Shown here piece after piece: positions 1 to 40,309 of a DNA stretch of 50,232 nucleotides. A program made the translations under genes and the position numbers. Below the pieces are notes generated by a model. It saw only the letters and a list, made by a program, of their open reading frames with translations. It did not search any database and was not told the origin of the DNA. The DNA is taken from positions 1-50,232 of the forward strand of contig NIVC01003905.1 of NCBI GenBank assembly GCA_002269645.1, read 5' to 3'. The first letter of the stretch is position 1. Every line of letters begins with the position of its first letter. Origin of the DNA: Macrostomum lignano (taxonomy: Eukaryota).

Positions 1-150
1 AGAGGAGAGGAGAGGAGAGGAGAGGAGAGGAGAGGAAGAAGAGGAGACGGAGAGGAGAGGAGAAAGCGAGGAGGAGAGGGAGAGAGAGGAGAGGAGAGGA
101 GAGGAGAGGAGAGGAGGAGGAGAGAGAGGAAGAAGGAAGGGAAGAAGGAT
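1..150. repeat. (GGAGA)n simple repeat
   Basis: Direct reading. Confidence 0.9.
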
Positions 151-219
151 GAAATATTCATGCAAAGATAAAAATGCATATCTGGTGCATAATTTAAACA
201 CTCAGACTTGACTGCTCAC

Positions 220-556
220 CTTCAAAGAGCGCGATTTGGCGGCGTTGAGCACGCCCAGAACCTGCTTGACGTCGCCGACTTGAGCTGTCCAGCAGGTAGT
301 TGAACTTGGCCATCCGCCGCTTCCAGTACTCCAGCTCGGCCGAGGCCCCACATTGTCGGCTCGCGCCGGATCTGCTCGGTCTCGGCCAGCACCTGCTCGA
401 TCTGCTTCATCCAGCCGGCCGCGCACTCCTCGATGGCCGTCAGGCTCTCCGGTGCGAGGCCGCCGAGTTCAGGTCCGTAACGGATTTCAGCCGGCGCAGT
501 CGAAAGCGAGGTGCACGGCTCTCAGCACCACCTTGTCGTTGATGTGTCTTGGGCGC
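220..556 (-). CDS. DNAH5: Dynein heavy chain exon 4 (about 7 frameshifts)
   Basis: Restores to AQ.[94 protein letters not shown]; donor AAG|GTGAGC. Confidence 0.85.
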
Positions 557-3500
557 CTGGTAGAAGAGTGCCAAGGATGATGGGAGAGTGCCAAGGATGA
601 TAGAAGAGTGCCAAGGATGATAGAAGGGGTGCAAGGATGATGGGAGAGTGCAAGGATGATAGAAGGGTGCCAATGATAATGAGAGAGTGCCAAGGATGAT
701 AGAAGAGCCAAGGATGATGGGAGAGTGCCAAGGATGATGGAGAGTGCCAATGATAATGAGAGAGTGCCAAGGATGATAGAAGAGTGTCAAGATGATAGAA
801 GAGTGCCAAGAATGATAGAGAGTGCCAATAGGATGATAGAAGAGTGCCAGGAGGATGGGAGAGTGCTAGGATGATAGAAGAGTGCCAGGAGAGATGGGAG
901 AGTGCCAGGAGGATAGAGAGAGTGCTAGGAGGATGGAGAGTGCAGGAGGATGGCGAGAGTGCTAGGAGGATGGAGAGTGCCAGGAGGATGGGAGAGTGCT
1001 AGGAGGATGGGAGAGTGCCAGGAGGATGGGAGAGTGCCAGGAGGATGGGAGAGTGCCAGGAGGATGGAGAGTGACAAGGACAATAGAGAATCGCAAGCAG
1101 TGGTCCCACAACTCACTGTTGAGCAGGCTGACGAAGTTCTCCAGACTGTTGAGGAAGTGCTGCTTCGTGTGCTCCTGAGTCTCCAGCTGTCCCAGCCGCC
1201 CTGAAGTTCTCGAAGCTGTGGCACCAGCAGCTGGAGAGAATCTGTTCGACACCTTTCAGTACCCCGTCGGAGCCGTCAATGCTGAGAAAGTTCACCTCCT
1301 TGGCGATGTTGGCCTCAGTGATGGCTGTCTGGCAGTTGGAGCGCATGAATACGGCGCAGGGTCCCTTGATTGGCGCCGTGGCGCCGTCCGAGACGAAGAT
1401 GCGCGGCTTCTGAGCGCGCGTGGATTTCGTGCCCGGCTGGCCGATGCGGATGTGGTCGGCTGGGAGTGCGAGATGAAAGTACAGAATGCACTTTTTTTGA
1501 GGGATGCATTGGCTCAGAATCCAAACAATCCCCTCGGGATGCTACTACTTCCTTCAAGATGCTACAAATCCCCTCAGGATGCTACCAATCCCTCAGGATG
1601 CTACCAATCCCCTCAGGATGCTACCAATCCCTCAGGATGCTACCAATCCCCTCAGGATGCTATCAATCCCCTCAGGATGCTATCAATCCCCTCAGGATGC
1701 TACCAATCCCCTCAGGATGCTACCAATCCCCTCAGGATGCTATCAATCCCCTCGGATGCTACCAATCCCTCAGGATGCTACCAATCCCCTCAGGATGCTA
1801 TCAATCCCCTCGGATGCTACCAAGCCCCTCGGGATGCTACCAATCCCCTCAGGATGCTACCAATCCCCTCAGGATGCTACCAATCCCCTCGGATGCTACC
1901 AATCCTATCAGGATGCTATCAATCCCCTCAGGATGCTACCAATCCCTTAGGATGCTACAAATCCCCTTAGGATGCTACAAATCCCCTTAGGATGCTACAA
2001 TCCCCTTAGGATGCTAAAAATCCCTTAGGATGCTACCAATCTTCAGATAGCTAAAACTCGCCTCCCTCTAAAAGTCCCATTTAAGCCCACCAGGGGACAA
2101 GGGAAACTTTATGAAAAATTTAAAAAGCAGAACGGAATGCTTATGCAAGGATGCTTTGCAATGCTATCAAAATTAATTACCTGCACTCTTTGCGGTGCAT
2201 AAAAATTAAGGGGTGATTAAAAATAAACAATTGGCATTGAATTATTAAGCTTGCGGGGTGAAAGCGCTCTTGACTATATATATTTAGAAATGTGAGCATA
2301 ATACGTATTAAGCGATAATATTGAGTTTTAAGTGACTATACGTATGCGGTAAATAGGAGCGTGACCTGACGTGACCTATTCGGCCTCGAAAATACCTGTA
2401 GAATAAAATTCGGCGGTCCCGACCGGCTTTCGGTGCGACCTGTTCTGACGCGGCTCTGGGGTAGCAGTTTGTTTTTATTTCACGAGCGTTTAAATTGGTG
2501 CACTAACTTTTTGTTATAATCTTTGAGACGAGATGAAGGGTAACAGTATTCACTGAGGATCTGAAGGAAAGTCCCTGAAGGTAAGTGGAAAAAAACCTAA
2601 GCTGCAGGCTTACGGCCTCCCTATCCAGGTCGGGCTCCTGGTAGTGCACGAAAATCTTGCATGGCCCGTCAGCTGCGAAGAACTGCTCCATCTGGTCAAC
2701 GCTGTTGCCATCAAGGATGCCGTCTTCGACCTCGGCTCGGTCCAGGCAGTAGAAGTCGGCCACCTGGTCCAGCAGGTGCCGGTGCCGGTCATCCAGCTGG
2801 TTCCGCTTGGCCTCGCGTTCCTCTTTCAATTTTTGCTGCATTGAATTCGGTTGGATGAACAAATATTAAAGCTACGTTCGTATTGTTGCATCGAAAACAT
2901 ACAAAAATGATTAAAATATGCTGCACAAAATGTGGGAATTTGTTCTAGTTTCACTTTATTAGGCTCAAAGTGCTTCAGCTATTCAAGTAGCGCTTGGCCA
3001 CCAGAGAAATTCACACAACGAAACGAAAAAAACTTCAGAAAATCAGTCAAAGTGAACTAACTTTACGAAGAAGCATGTTGCTAGGTCAATCCATAAAATG
3101 CTGTGCATGCTGTAGATTGACCCGACTTCGGTGTGAAATTTTACCTTGTATTATTTTGTCTTTAAGCAGTCAGCCATTTATAAATGCTGCGAGACATGGA
3201 GGAACGGCCACCCGCACTGCCCGTTGACCCTCAGGCGCCACCCAGGCGCAGCTGCAAGTCTGCCCACGGTTTCCAATAGCAACGCGGCAGCTTGACGGCT
3301 AATTAGAATGCTTTAGTCAAAACTCTTGAGGCATGAAGCTGTGCAGAGAGAAAAGCGAAAGTAATGCAGCTGTGCAGGTCTGGTAGGAGAGTCACAGATT
3401 GACAGGTGTTGAGCTGCGGGGTGGGGCTTGGACAAATACGTGAAGTTTTTCTCGGAGATCGGCAAAGTATTCGCAAATTCCAAGCACGAAAGAATTAACA

Positions 3501-4512
3501 AAAGCCACGTACGAGTAAAACGAAGCACTGAGGGTTGGCTTTGAAAAATCATTTTCGTCACCACGAATTTTGGCCCTTTTAGATTCGTGTGAAAAAATGC
3601 GTTTTAGTTGTAAAAAAATCTTGAACTGTACAAGAAGAAAATAATATTTCGTTTTAAATTTCCAAAGCAATTATTTCTGAAAATTGCATTTTATCGGGGC
3701 TTTGGGCATTGAAATTAACCTTAATTCCCGTTTCAGTAATTAAGATAATATGTCTTAGAAGAAACAATATAATAAAATAAAAAACACTGAATTTGGGGTT
3801 AAAATGTAAAAATTTAAAAGAAATTTAAGCATAAAAATTCTATTCGATTGAAAATGTTACAATACGTTTTAGCTTCAGCAGTTTCACAGAAGAAAAGTGT
3901 TCATAGAAAAAGCAAAAAATCGGTTAATAAATTTGCTTTGATTATCATTTGCTTTGTATTTTCTTTAACTTTTCTTCCAGTCATTTGAGCTATTTTGCTA
4001 TATTTAACTATATGCTACTACCATTCCTGTGTCTAACCTTGATTCCTTCAAATTATAAAATGGAATTTAATTACGAGTAAAATATGCAAGATACCTGACT
4101 AAGACATAAATCTAAGGCGTACTATAATTATTAATTGCGTTATACAAGAGTACATGCGCAGAAACTGTGTTAAGACCTAAAGAATATTTAATTTCGATTT
4201 TTCCTCGGTCATCACCTGATAATACTGAATCGTCTACGGCTACGCGCTCATGTTGTTTCAACACTATCGATTTGGCAGTAACAAAAATTGCAGAAATCAT
4301 TTTTAAAATATTTTTTAAATACTTCATTTCTTAAAGAATATTTAAATAGAAAATGTAGTGAAATAAATAAACCCTGAAAAGTGAATTCAAAATTATTCAT
4401 TTCAGCTCACCTGTTTTTCCTTTATATTTTCTCCGCTAGTCAAAACTGAAACACGTGCCTTGCTCTTCTGGGCACTGTTTGAGCGCCTTCCTTGCTCTGG
4501 GTCACCAGGCAT
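220..4512 (-). CDS. DNAH5: Axonemal outer-arm dynein heavy chain (DNAH5/DNAH8-like), 5' part; exons 4512-4411 (putative), 2835-2614, 1459-1117, 556-220; continues off the left edge
   Basis: Peptides QKLKEEREAKRNQLDDRHRHLL..EVEDGILDGN, KPRIFVSDG, KQHFLNSLENFVSLLN and [31 protein letters not shown] match the DNAH5 N-terminus as I recall it. GT-AG boundaries are present. About 10 single-base deletions must be corrected. Confidence 0.9.
560..1075. repeat. ~20-bp minisatellite AGAGTGCCAAGGATGATRGR
   Basis: Fills dynein intron 3. Confidence 0.9.
1117..1459 (-). CDS. DNAH5: Dynein heavy chain exon 3 (2 frameshifts)
   Basis: CCCAG acceptor, A|GTGAGT donor. DHIRIG..KPRIFVSDG..VEQILS / LLVPQLRELQGGW / GQLETQEHTKQHFLNSLENFVSLLN lies across three frames. 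Confidence 0.85.
1528..2040. repeat. 20-bp minisatellite CCCCTCAGGATGCTACCAAT
   Basis: In dynein intron 2. Confidence 0.92.
2614..2835 (-). CDS. DNAH5: Dynein heavy chain exon 2
   Basis: QKLKEEREAKRNQLDDRH...FVHYQEPDLDREA, donor GTAAGC. One base short of phase with the next exon. Confidence 0.85.
3269..3283. promoter_or_regulatory. RFX X-box candidate GTTTCCAATAGCAAC
   Basis: Fits GTNRCC/GTHNYY-N(0-3)-RGYAAC and lies in the 5' region of a motile-cilia gene. Confidence 0.6.
4411..4512 (-). CDS. DNAH5: Putative first coding exon of the dynein gene (MPGDPEQGRRSNSAQKSKARVSVLTSGENIKEKQ)
   Basis: 102-nt open frame from an ATG to CAG|GTGAGC (phase 0), which joins TGCAG|CAAAAATTG at 2835 in frame. 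No homology confirmation. Confidence 0.6.
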
Positions 4513-5484
4513 TTTTGATGTACTTTAAATCAATAACATTCTGACAGTGTACTACAATTGCATTAATTATTTATGAAGCGGGGGCTCAGGATCAAATATC
4601 GGAATGGCAGTTTAATTGTCTTTACGCGCTTTGGCGTTGTTATGGGGATGTTAAGTATAACAAACTAATGAATATTTTATCAAAAGAAATTAGTCCTAAA
4701 TGACTGAAATTAAGTTGCTATTATGAAAAACTTAAAAAGATTTAATTTTTTAACTCTCGAGTGAATAACAAAAACTTCATTTTAGTTCAAAATTTCTACT
4801 GATCTTAAAAAACTTTCGAGTGGTGCCCAAGGTTGCAGGGACGGGACGGACCTTACATTCAAACCGTGAACCCAAGGACGATTAGTATTCTTTGGCTTGC
4901 ACATAAGTGAAGACTCGCATGATTTAAACAATTTAAACAAGTATAAAATAAACCGCAAGCTATGAAATTTCATTGCCATGCACTGCTGACTGGGTACATG
5001 TATAGCACGCGTTTATTTGGCAACTCAAATACAAAAATTATTTAGGCTTCGGCAAAGGATGGTTATTAATTTGTGCAGTTATGATACTTCACGCGATTAT
5101 TTTATTTATTGTTGTATTTATGTTTGCAACTGATTTTTCTTCGATTACGTCTGCCAGTAACTACTGTTATGCACATTACTCGTATACATGCATGTGCAGA
5201 AGCGGGAGGATGCCCACTGTTTAGCTCATGTTTTACTGGTGTATATTGAGTACTTTGGAGGGATATAAGCTATAATTTTCATGTACTTCAGTTTTTTATG
5301 CAGTGCCCGTGCATGTTACGCACATATGACAATACAGCTGGCACATGTAACTTGTACTGGTAAATTGCTTTTCAAGGACTTATCAAGATTATCGAAGAAG
5401 TTCCCTGCAAACACAAATAAGTGCCTAGACATTTGTGCTTCAGACAAACTCTATGGAAAGCGAATCTATGAAAACTGCCAAGGC

Positions 5485-5690
5485 CTCAACCCAAACTTAA
5501 GCCTAAACTCTATAACCAAAAAACCCTAACCTAAACCCTAGTCCTAAACCCATGCAACTTAGACCTAAAGCCTAACCCAAAACTTTAATCCAAACCCAAA
5601 CCCTAACCCTAACCCTAACCCAAGCCTAAACCCTAAATTAGGCTCTAACCTAAACCCTAAACCTATGCTAATCTAAACCCTAATCCAAAT
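5485..5690. repeat. Degenerate interstitial telomere-like (CCCTAA/CCTAAA)n
   Basis: Core CCCTAACCCTAACCCTAACCC at ~5601-5621. Confidence 0.75.
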
Positions 5691-8361
5691 CTATTCTCCC
5701 ACAGAAAGCCGGTTGGCCAAGGATAAGTTAAAAAAAACAAAAAAGAAGAGGGCAGTTGAACATCCCGATGGAGCTATGGTGGCTGCAGAGTCTTGCTCAG
5801 TAAATACTTGTATATGCTAAAAAATTATAGCAACTTCGAAAAAAAACTACAGCTCGCATGTAATCGGCAAGTTACATGCAAGCACCATGCAAACTAGTAA
5901 CATTGTTATTAGGTTCTCACGATATTCTGCTGTTATAATAACTCATAATTCACAGAATCAGTTTGAAACTGTCTCTCATTGAAAGAGAGCCGCGGCCTCT
6001 TGTAGACGCCTGGGCGCGAGCTCTCACATAAATGATACCGAATTTCTAAATTATCTGCGAAATAAATGAATTCAGATGGCCTGGCATACAGAAAGTTCAC
6101 GCAGACTTTCAGGCTGCAGCTGACCCAAGCTTCATTAAACCATAAATAATGTTGCAAGTCTGAGACAGTTCTGAGTTCTGAATGCACTTCAATGACTTTA
6201 ATACTTCGTATTCTACGAGCTAGTAGCAGACTTTCTTTCGGGGACTCCTAATCAAATTATTGACTTCGTTTGCTTTAAAATATTAGAAATTTAGCCTTGA
6301 AATTATCGCAGTTAAACCGCGTAGATGTCTTACATGTTGGTTTGCTGTTCTACTGATTAAATTAACAAGATTTTTTACTATAAGTAGTGGCATAGGAATA
6401 TTGTTTATAAATAACCGTATCGCTTGAAGCATCGATTAATCGATATAAACAGGCATCGGGTCACATGATTCAGTACCGGAAGCTGCAAAACTTCATAGAT
6501 AAAAAGTTATCATGGTGATGGGCTCTCAGGGTGGGTCGGTTTATCTTTAGTGAAAACAACCACGCAGCGCACAAATATGAAACTTTGGAAAATTCTGGCT
6601 CCGCAGGCGCAAAGCCTTCTTATCTATAATATAGCAAGTTTCAATTAGCTAATCTAAATTAAACAATTATTGGGGTGCGTGCAGCAGCTTGATTGCCAGC
6701 CAGTTCGGGCTGCGCCACCGTCGCACTCAGAGAGGTCAATTGGACCGATGGACTTTTAATTGAATCTCGTAACAGATTTTTACAGCCATCTTGCTTTGAT
6801 TTTTCGTACATTGCAAAACCTCTAATTATAGGTAAACAATTTGGGGCAATATGGTTCCCTCTCAGCCCCAGATAATGAATTGCACTGGGTGCACAATAAA
6901 AATGTACATACAGATAGTGGGTGCAATCCTTACCATGGCCAAGCCATTAATTCATCGCCCTGTCACAAGTCCCGCCCTGACGAGTTACTCAGTGCAGCAC
7001 AATAAATAATCCATTCTCTAAATCCCACCCCCACTGCTTTCAATTCAATAATAGCCTGCAGTCTTAAGGATTGTAAATTGGGCTAGAGTCTCAGAAGCCT
7101 AGCTAATGAGGCATGATTTTTGTTTACAATCCAGGTTTTATAGGCTCAGAACTGGCAGGGGCCAGCAGCTTGCGAAAGTACAAATTGTGATCCTCAAGAA
7201 AGAAATAATAAGAAGCAGCAGACAATTGTGAATTCGAGGATTGTATTTAATAAACTGTTCTGCTGAAGTTGAGCAACTATTGCAACATTAGTAGAGAGGA
7301 TTAAGCAGTTAAGCTACAGTCCAACATTGCGCACAAGTGCTATATTAGTTACAATAGTTTGCGACCCTCTAAGTATCTGGCGGGCTTTTTTGGAGTGCAG
7401 TAAGGAGGGGGAGGGGATTTTTACAACACCCCCGTGGCCGCTAGCTACCCTCTCCCATTCACGGATTGCCAGCTCTCTCCTGCTGCGCTTTGTTGGGGTT
7501 GCGGCGTATTGATCCGGTTCTGCTAGTGCTTAGTCCGTCCTCCAGACCGCCCCGCCTCGGACAGTACTGTGGAGGGTTGGACGTTGCGGGGAGAGGGATT
7601 ACGTTTGGCTTGAATCAAGGCCTTGGTTTTCGCGGGTTGGGGAGGCTTGTTTTGAAAAGCGAAGGGAGTAGAGAGGCTCTGTGGCGAAGGGCGAATTTCT
7701 GGTTTTGAGGGCAATTAAACCCTCCCCCTCTCTCTCTCTCCCCTAAAAAACCTCGCGAGAGCACGAGGTCGGCTGGGATAGAAGGGAAGCTAAAATTGCA
7801 TTGCAGAGCGGGGAGGGTCGGCTGGGCTATGTGATGAGCATTGCGGGGGGGGGACAGGCGGCCTTCCCTGTACAAATGTACACTTGAACCTGTGTACACT
7901 GAGCTTCACCCCTCCCCTTGGTCCCGGAATTAGCCAATGCTTAGTCCCAGGGTTTTCAGGCCCGTAGGGGGGTGGGTGGCAGGGCAGAGGGCCGAATAGG
8001 GCCCAGGCGTGGCTGCAGCCTATATACACTTCCAAGGATAAATTCATCACCACAAGCCGTTACGCCCGCGAGCGTGGTGCGACTGACTCTGTTATTATAA
8101 TTAATTTTTATTTAGTTTAGAGATTATCGATTACTAATAGAAAAACAAACAAGAAAGCGAAGGTAGCACAGAAGGCTTAAGTCCGCTTTATCAAGGAGAC
8201 TCAGAACTACACCAACAGCGGACAAAAAATTAAATTTCAGGTCGTTCAAGTCTGTGCACTTTTATTTGTTCATTCTTTTAGTTCGACTCGGATAATCAGA
8301 ACGAGTCCCAGCAATTGCACTAGCGGACAATGCGAAGCGATCTTTATCGACTCAGCTCGAC

Positions 8362-37004
<28,643 letters not shown>

Positions 37005-37754
37005 TTGATGATCAGCCCGCCCAGGTGACACGGAGCCCCCCCCCCCATGTACATACGCATCCCCGCAGAGTAGACTTCAACTCTCGCTTGCGCCGCCCGG
37101 CCCTGTGTGTTTTCAGTTCGCATGATGAACTCAAAGTAAATTCTCATTTTATTAATTACTCACAACACCGCGCTAGCGTTGCTGATGTACACTTGCTTAA
37201 GTACTGCATAAATTTGAGTGAAATGTAACTGCTTATGTGCAATGAACCCGCCGATTCTCTCTAAATGTGTGTGTGACCTCAGATGACCTTCCCCAGTGAC
37301 CGCTCACCCGCTCTCCCCATATATTAGACTCAATCAATAATATGACGGCCGCGAGTTCGGGAGCAGTGATTTCACACCAGATGTTAGCAGCCTGCAGAGT
37401 TGCCAAAGCTAATTGTGTTTTCAACGACTCCATTATTAACGTGAAATTATATTAATTTTACCTTTGCTGCTCACAGCCATTTCTGAATTTCGTTTTTCAT
37501 TTTTTGATTCTTCATTCTGCAGCCTCGCACACAGTTTGTAAATCTCCCGCGTTCGGCTCTATTGGTGTAAAAACTCGAATTTGTTTTTTTATTTGTCAAT
37601 TTCAAGTAGAAAGTGTTGGAAGCAAAAACTGTGGAATCTCCGTTTCTCATCTGCAAAAACTGCGATTGTCTTATTATCTCATTTCTGCTAATGGACCACA
37701 AGATCTACTGGTGCCACAACTGCCGGCGTGCATTGCCGCTCCACAGGGAGATTT

Positions 37755-38268
37755 CTGATGGCGGGAGATGAGGGGGCGATTTTTGATGGTGGGAGATGAG
37801 GAGGGAGATTTCTGATGGCGGGCGATTTCTGATGGTGGGAGATGAGGGGCGATTTCTGATGGTGGGAGATGAGGGGCGATTTCTGATGGTGGGAGATGAG
37901 GGGCGATTTCTGATGGTGGGAGATGAGGGGCGATTTCTGATGGTGGGAGATGAGGGGCGATTTCTGATGGTAGGAGATGAGGGGCGATTTCTGATGGTAG
38001 GAGATGAGGGGCGATTTCTGATGGCGGGAGATGAGGGGCGATTTCTGATGGCGGGAGATGAGGGGCGATTTCTGATGGCGGGAGATGAGGGGCGATTTCT
38101 GATGGCGGGAGATGAGGGGCGATTTCTGATGGCGGGAGATGAGGGGCGATTTCTGATGGCGGGAGATGAGGGGCGATTTCTGATGGTAGGAGATGAGGGG
38201 CGATTTCTGATGGTAGGAGATGAAGGGGCGATTTCTGATGGTAGGAGATGAAGGGGAGATTTCTGATG
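37755..38268. repeat. 27-bp TTCTGATGGYRGGAGATGAGGGGCGAT array, intergenic
   Basis: Direct reading. Confidence 0.92.
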
Positions 38269-38912
38269 GCTATAGAAACACTGAGTTGCGCCTAAAGCGC
38301 ATCTGCGTCACTCTATGAATTAGAATCGCATTTCTGATTGATAACAACTCTACTTAGTCTACTTGAGTTAGTAGAAAGTTTGGCGCTAACATGAGACTTT
38401 TTGAGACTTTAACGATTCTATAACTTCCATGATGCGGGCGTGACTCAACAGTCGCCTCTCCGTCGCATTACAGTCAGTCGTGAAAAAGTCAAGAGAGTCG
38501 CCAGTGAGTTGTTCACAGTGACTTTTTATCGATTTTTGTCACAGTAGCGTTTTCAACGGCTCAGGTTTTACAGAAGTGTAACTTTACCACCAACTGGCCG
38601 GCCGTATGCATTCCGTTTCCGCTTTATTCCGGCTTACTGACGTTGCAATCAAATTAACTTTTAATGCTGGCTCCAGCAGCAGCATTTAATTTTCTAACAA
38701 TAACAAAGCGATTCAATCCGCTCAGAATTAATTGATCCCCATCCCGTGGTTGAGGCTGCGGAGCCCCCACCCCACCCTGTTTGCCATGACTTCCCAATTG
38801 GAACAGACAGAATGCTTTAAATCAACTCCGGAGCGCCCCCCCCCTCAGCTTGTCCCGGTTCCCCTGCATCTCTGTAGAACTCGCTGCCTTCTCTACCATT
38901 TGAGTCATTCGA

Positions 38913-39815
38913 GTGAGCGCGTTGCTGCTGCTGCTGCTGGCCGCCGGGGCCGCCGCCGGACAGCCTGGCTGCTTCACGGAGTCGCAGTTCGCCTCGATCT
39001 GCGAGCCGCCGGTTCGAGTCGCCAGCGGCAGCCAAGGCGTCCGCGGCTGCTTCCGGCCGGACCTGCCGCAGCCGACGGGAGCCGCCGCGGGCGAGTCGGT
39101 CACGTGGGACGCCGCCGCCGGTGTCTGCGAGCGTCGCCCGACCGACTGCGGCGACTTCGCCGCCTGCCCCGTCTCGGCCTCGGCAGGGGGCCGCTGCCTC
39201 GTGTCCTGCGACATCGCCGAGCGCGGCTTCCTCGCGCTGAGCATCCGAGCGGGCGTCGGCGTCAAGTCGTTCGACCTGGTCGACTCGCCGAGCCGCAGCA
39301 ACGGCTCCGCCGTCCAGGGCACACCCGGGTCCGCCAGCCTCCTGCCCGACCTGTTCCGCGCCAGCGCCATCGACCAGCTGCCCACCGTGGCGCCGAAGCT
39401 CACCTTCAAGGAGGCCGTCGTCCAGCTCTCCGTCGCCGCCTCTGTCGTCGTGAAGGTCACCTTCGACCTCTCGGCGTCGCCTCACGAGCTGAACAGGACC
39501 AACTGGTTCTCTCGGGACCGGCTGAAGGCCAGCTGGCCCGTCACCGACCTCGCCAGCAGGACCTTCAACTACTTCAGCATCGGAGGTTATGCTGATGGCA
39601 TACTCGAGCGTCGCTGGTTCATCAATTATGCTTACGGCGGCTGCCCGGGCGATCTCGGCCTCATGGTAGCTCTCGACGTAACGGACGGCTGCGCTGCCTC
39701 CTGGGGCAACGGCAGCGTGACCTCGCCGCCGCGGCTGGTGTACAGCACGCAGCCGAGTGAGCCATTTGAGACGAGTTTCCAGCTTGCTGACAGGCTGGCC
39801 GTGACCCTGCGCTGA
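38913..39815 (+). CDS. Uncharacterised secreted Cys-containing protein, ~300 aa, start unresolved
   Basis: Hydrophobic LLLLLLAAGAAAG leader, strong GC3 codon bias, stop at 39815, AATAAA at 39856 and 39951. No ATG in frame (the track starts at a GTG). Confidence 0.75.
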   Translation: MSALLLLLLAAGAAAGQPGCFTESQFASICEPPVRVASGSQGVRGCFRPDLPQPTGAAAGESVTWDAAAGVCERRPTDCGDFAACPVSASAGGRCLVSCDIAERGFLALSIRAGVGVKSFDLVDSPSRSNGSAVQGTPGSASLLPDLFRASAIDQLPTVAPKLTFKEAVVQLSVAASVVVKVTFDLSASPHELNRTNWFSRDRLKASWPVTDLASRTFNYFSIGGYADGILERRWFINYAYGGCPGDLGLMVALDVTDGCAASWGNGSVTSPPRLVYSTQPSEPFETSFQLADRLAVTLR

Positions 39816-39950
39816 GCTGCTCAGTTGCCGAGCATAAATATGGAAACTACGGATCAATAAACAAATAGAGACAACGCTTGGGTTGCACACTAATTTGAGA
39901 GAATTAAGCAAATTGCATATTTTCGAGCTGCGCAATAGATAAGGAGGATT

Positions 39951-39966
39951 AATAAAATAGTTTATT
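39951..39966. terminator. Back-to-back polyadenylation signals AATAAA-ATAG-TTTATT
   Basis: Plus-strand AATAAA at 39951-39956 and minus-strand AATAAA at 39961-39966, between two convergent genes. Confidence 0.5.
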
Positions 39967-40309
39967 CGGCAGTAATATTAATGCACCAACAAATAAGTTT
40001 GCAAATAAATACACACAAAAATGCACACAAACAATGGGCATAAAACAAAGCTATATAATTTAGCTAATAATGCTTCGAACTTAGCACCGCAACTAAAAAT
40101 GCCTTTGATTTGTTGTTGGCATGTAAAATTAAACTGCCACGCGTCTGAATGCAGAGCTCAGTGAGAGAAAAAATTTATAAGAAGCTAATGGAATATTAAT
40201 TTTCAGTACCCAAATTAGAAAACATTGATTGACTGACTTTGCCTTACTTTCTACTGATTCAAACATTGTTAGTAGTATTGCTTGGAAATCATCGTCAGAA
40301 TGAATTAAT

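Noticed and set aside
7330-8090. G/C-run-rich segment as a possible Helitron or other non-autonomous element
   Set aside because: No TIR, TSD or TC...CTRR termini that I could verify.
38817-39935. 372-aa minus-strand ORF
   Set aside because: Antisense shadow of the GC3-rich plus-strand gene.
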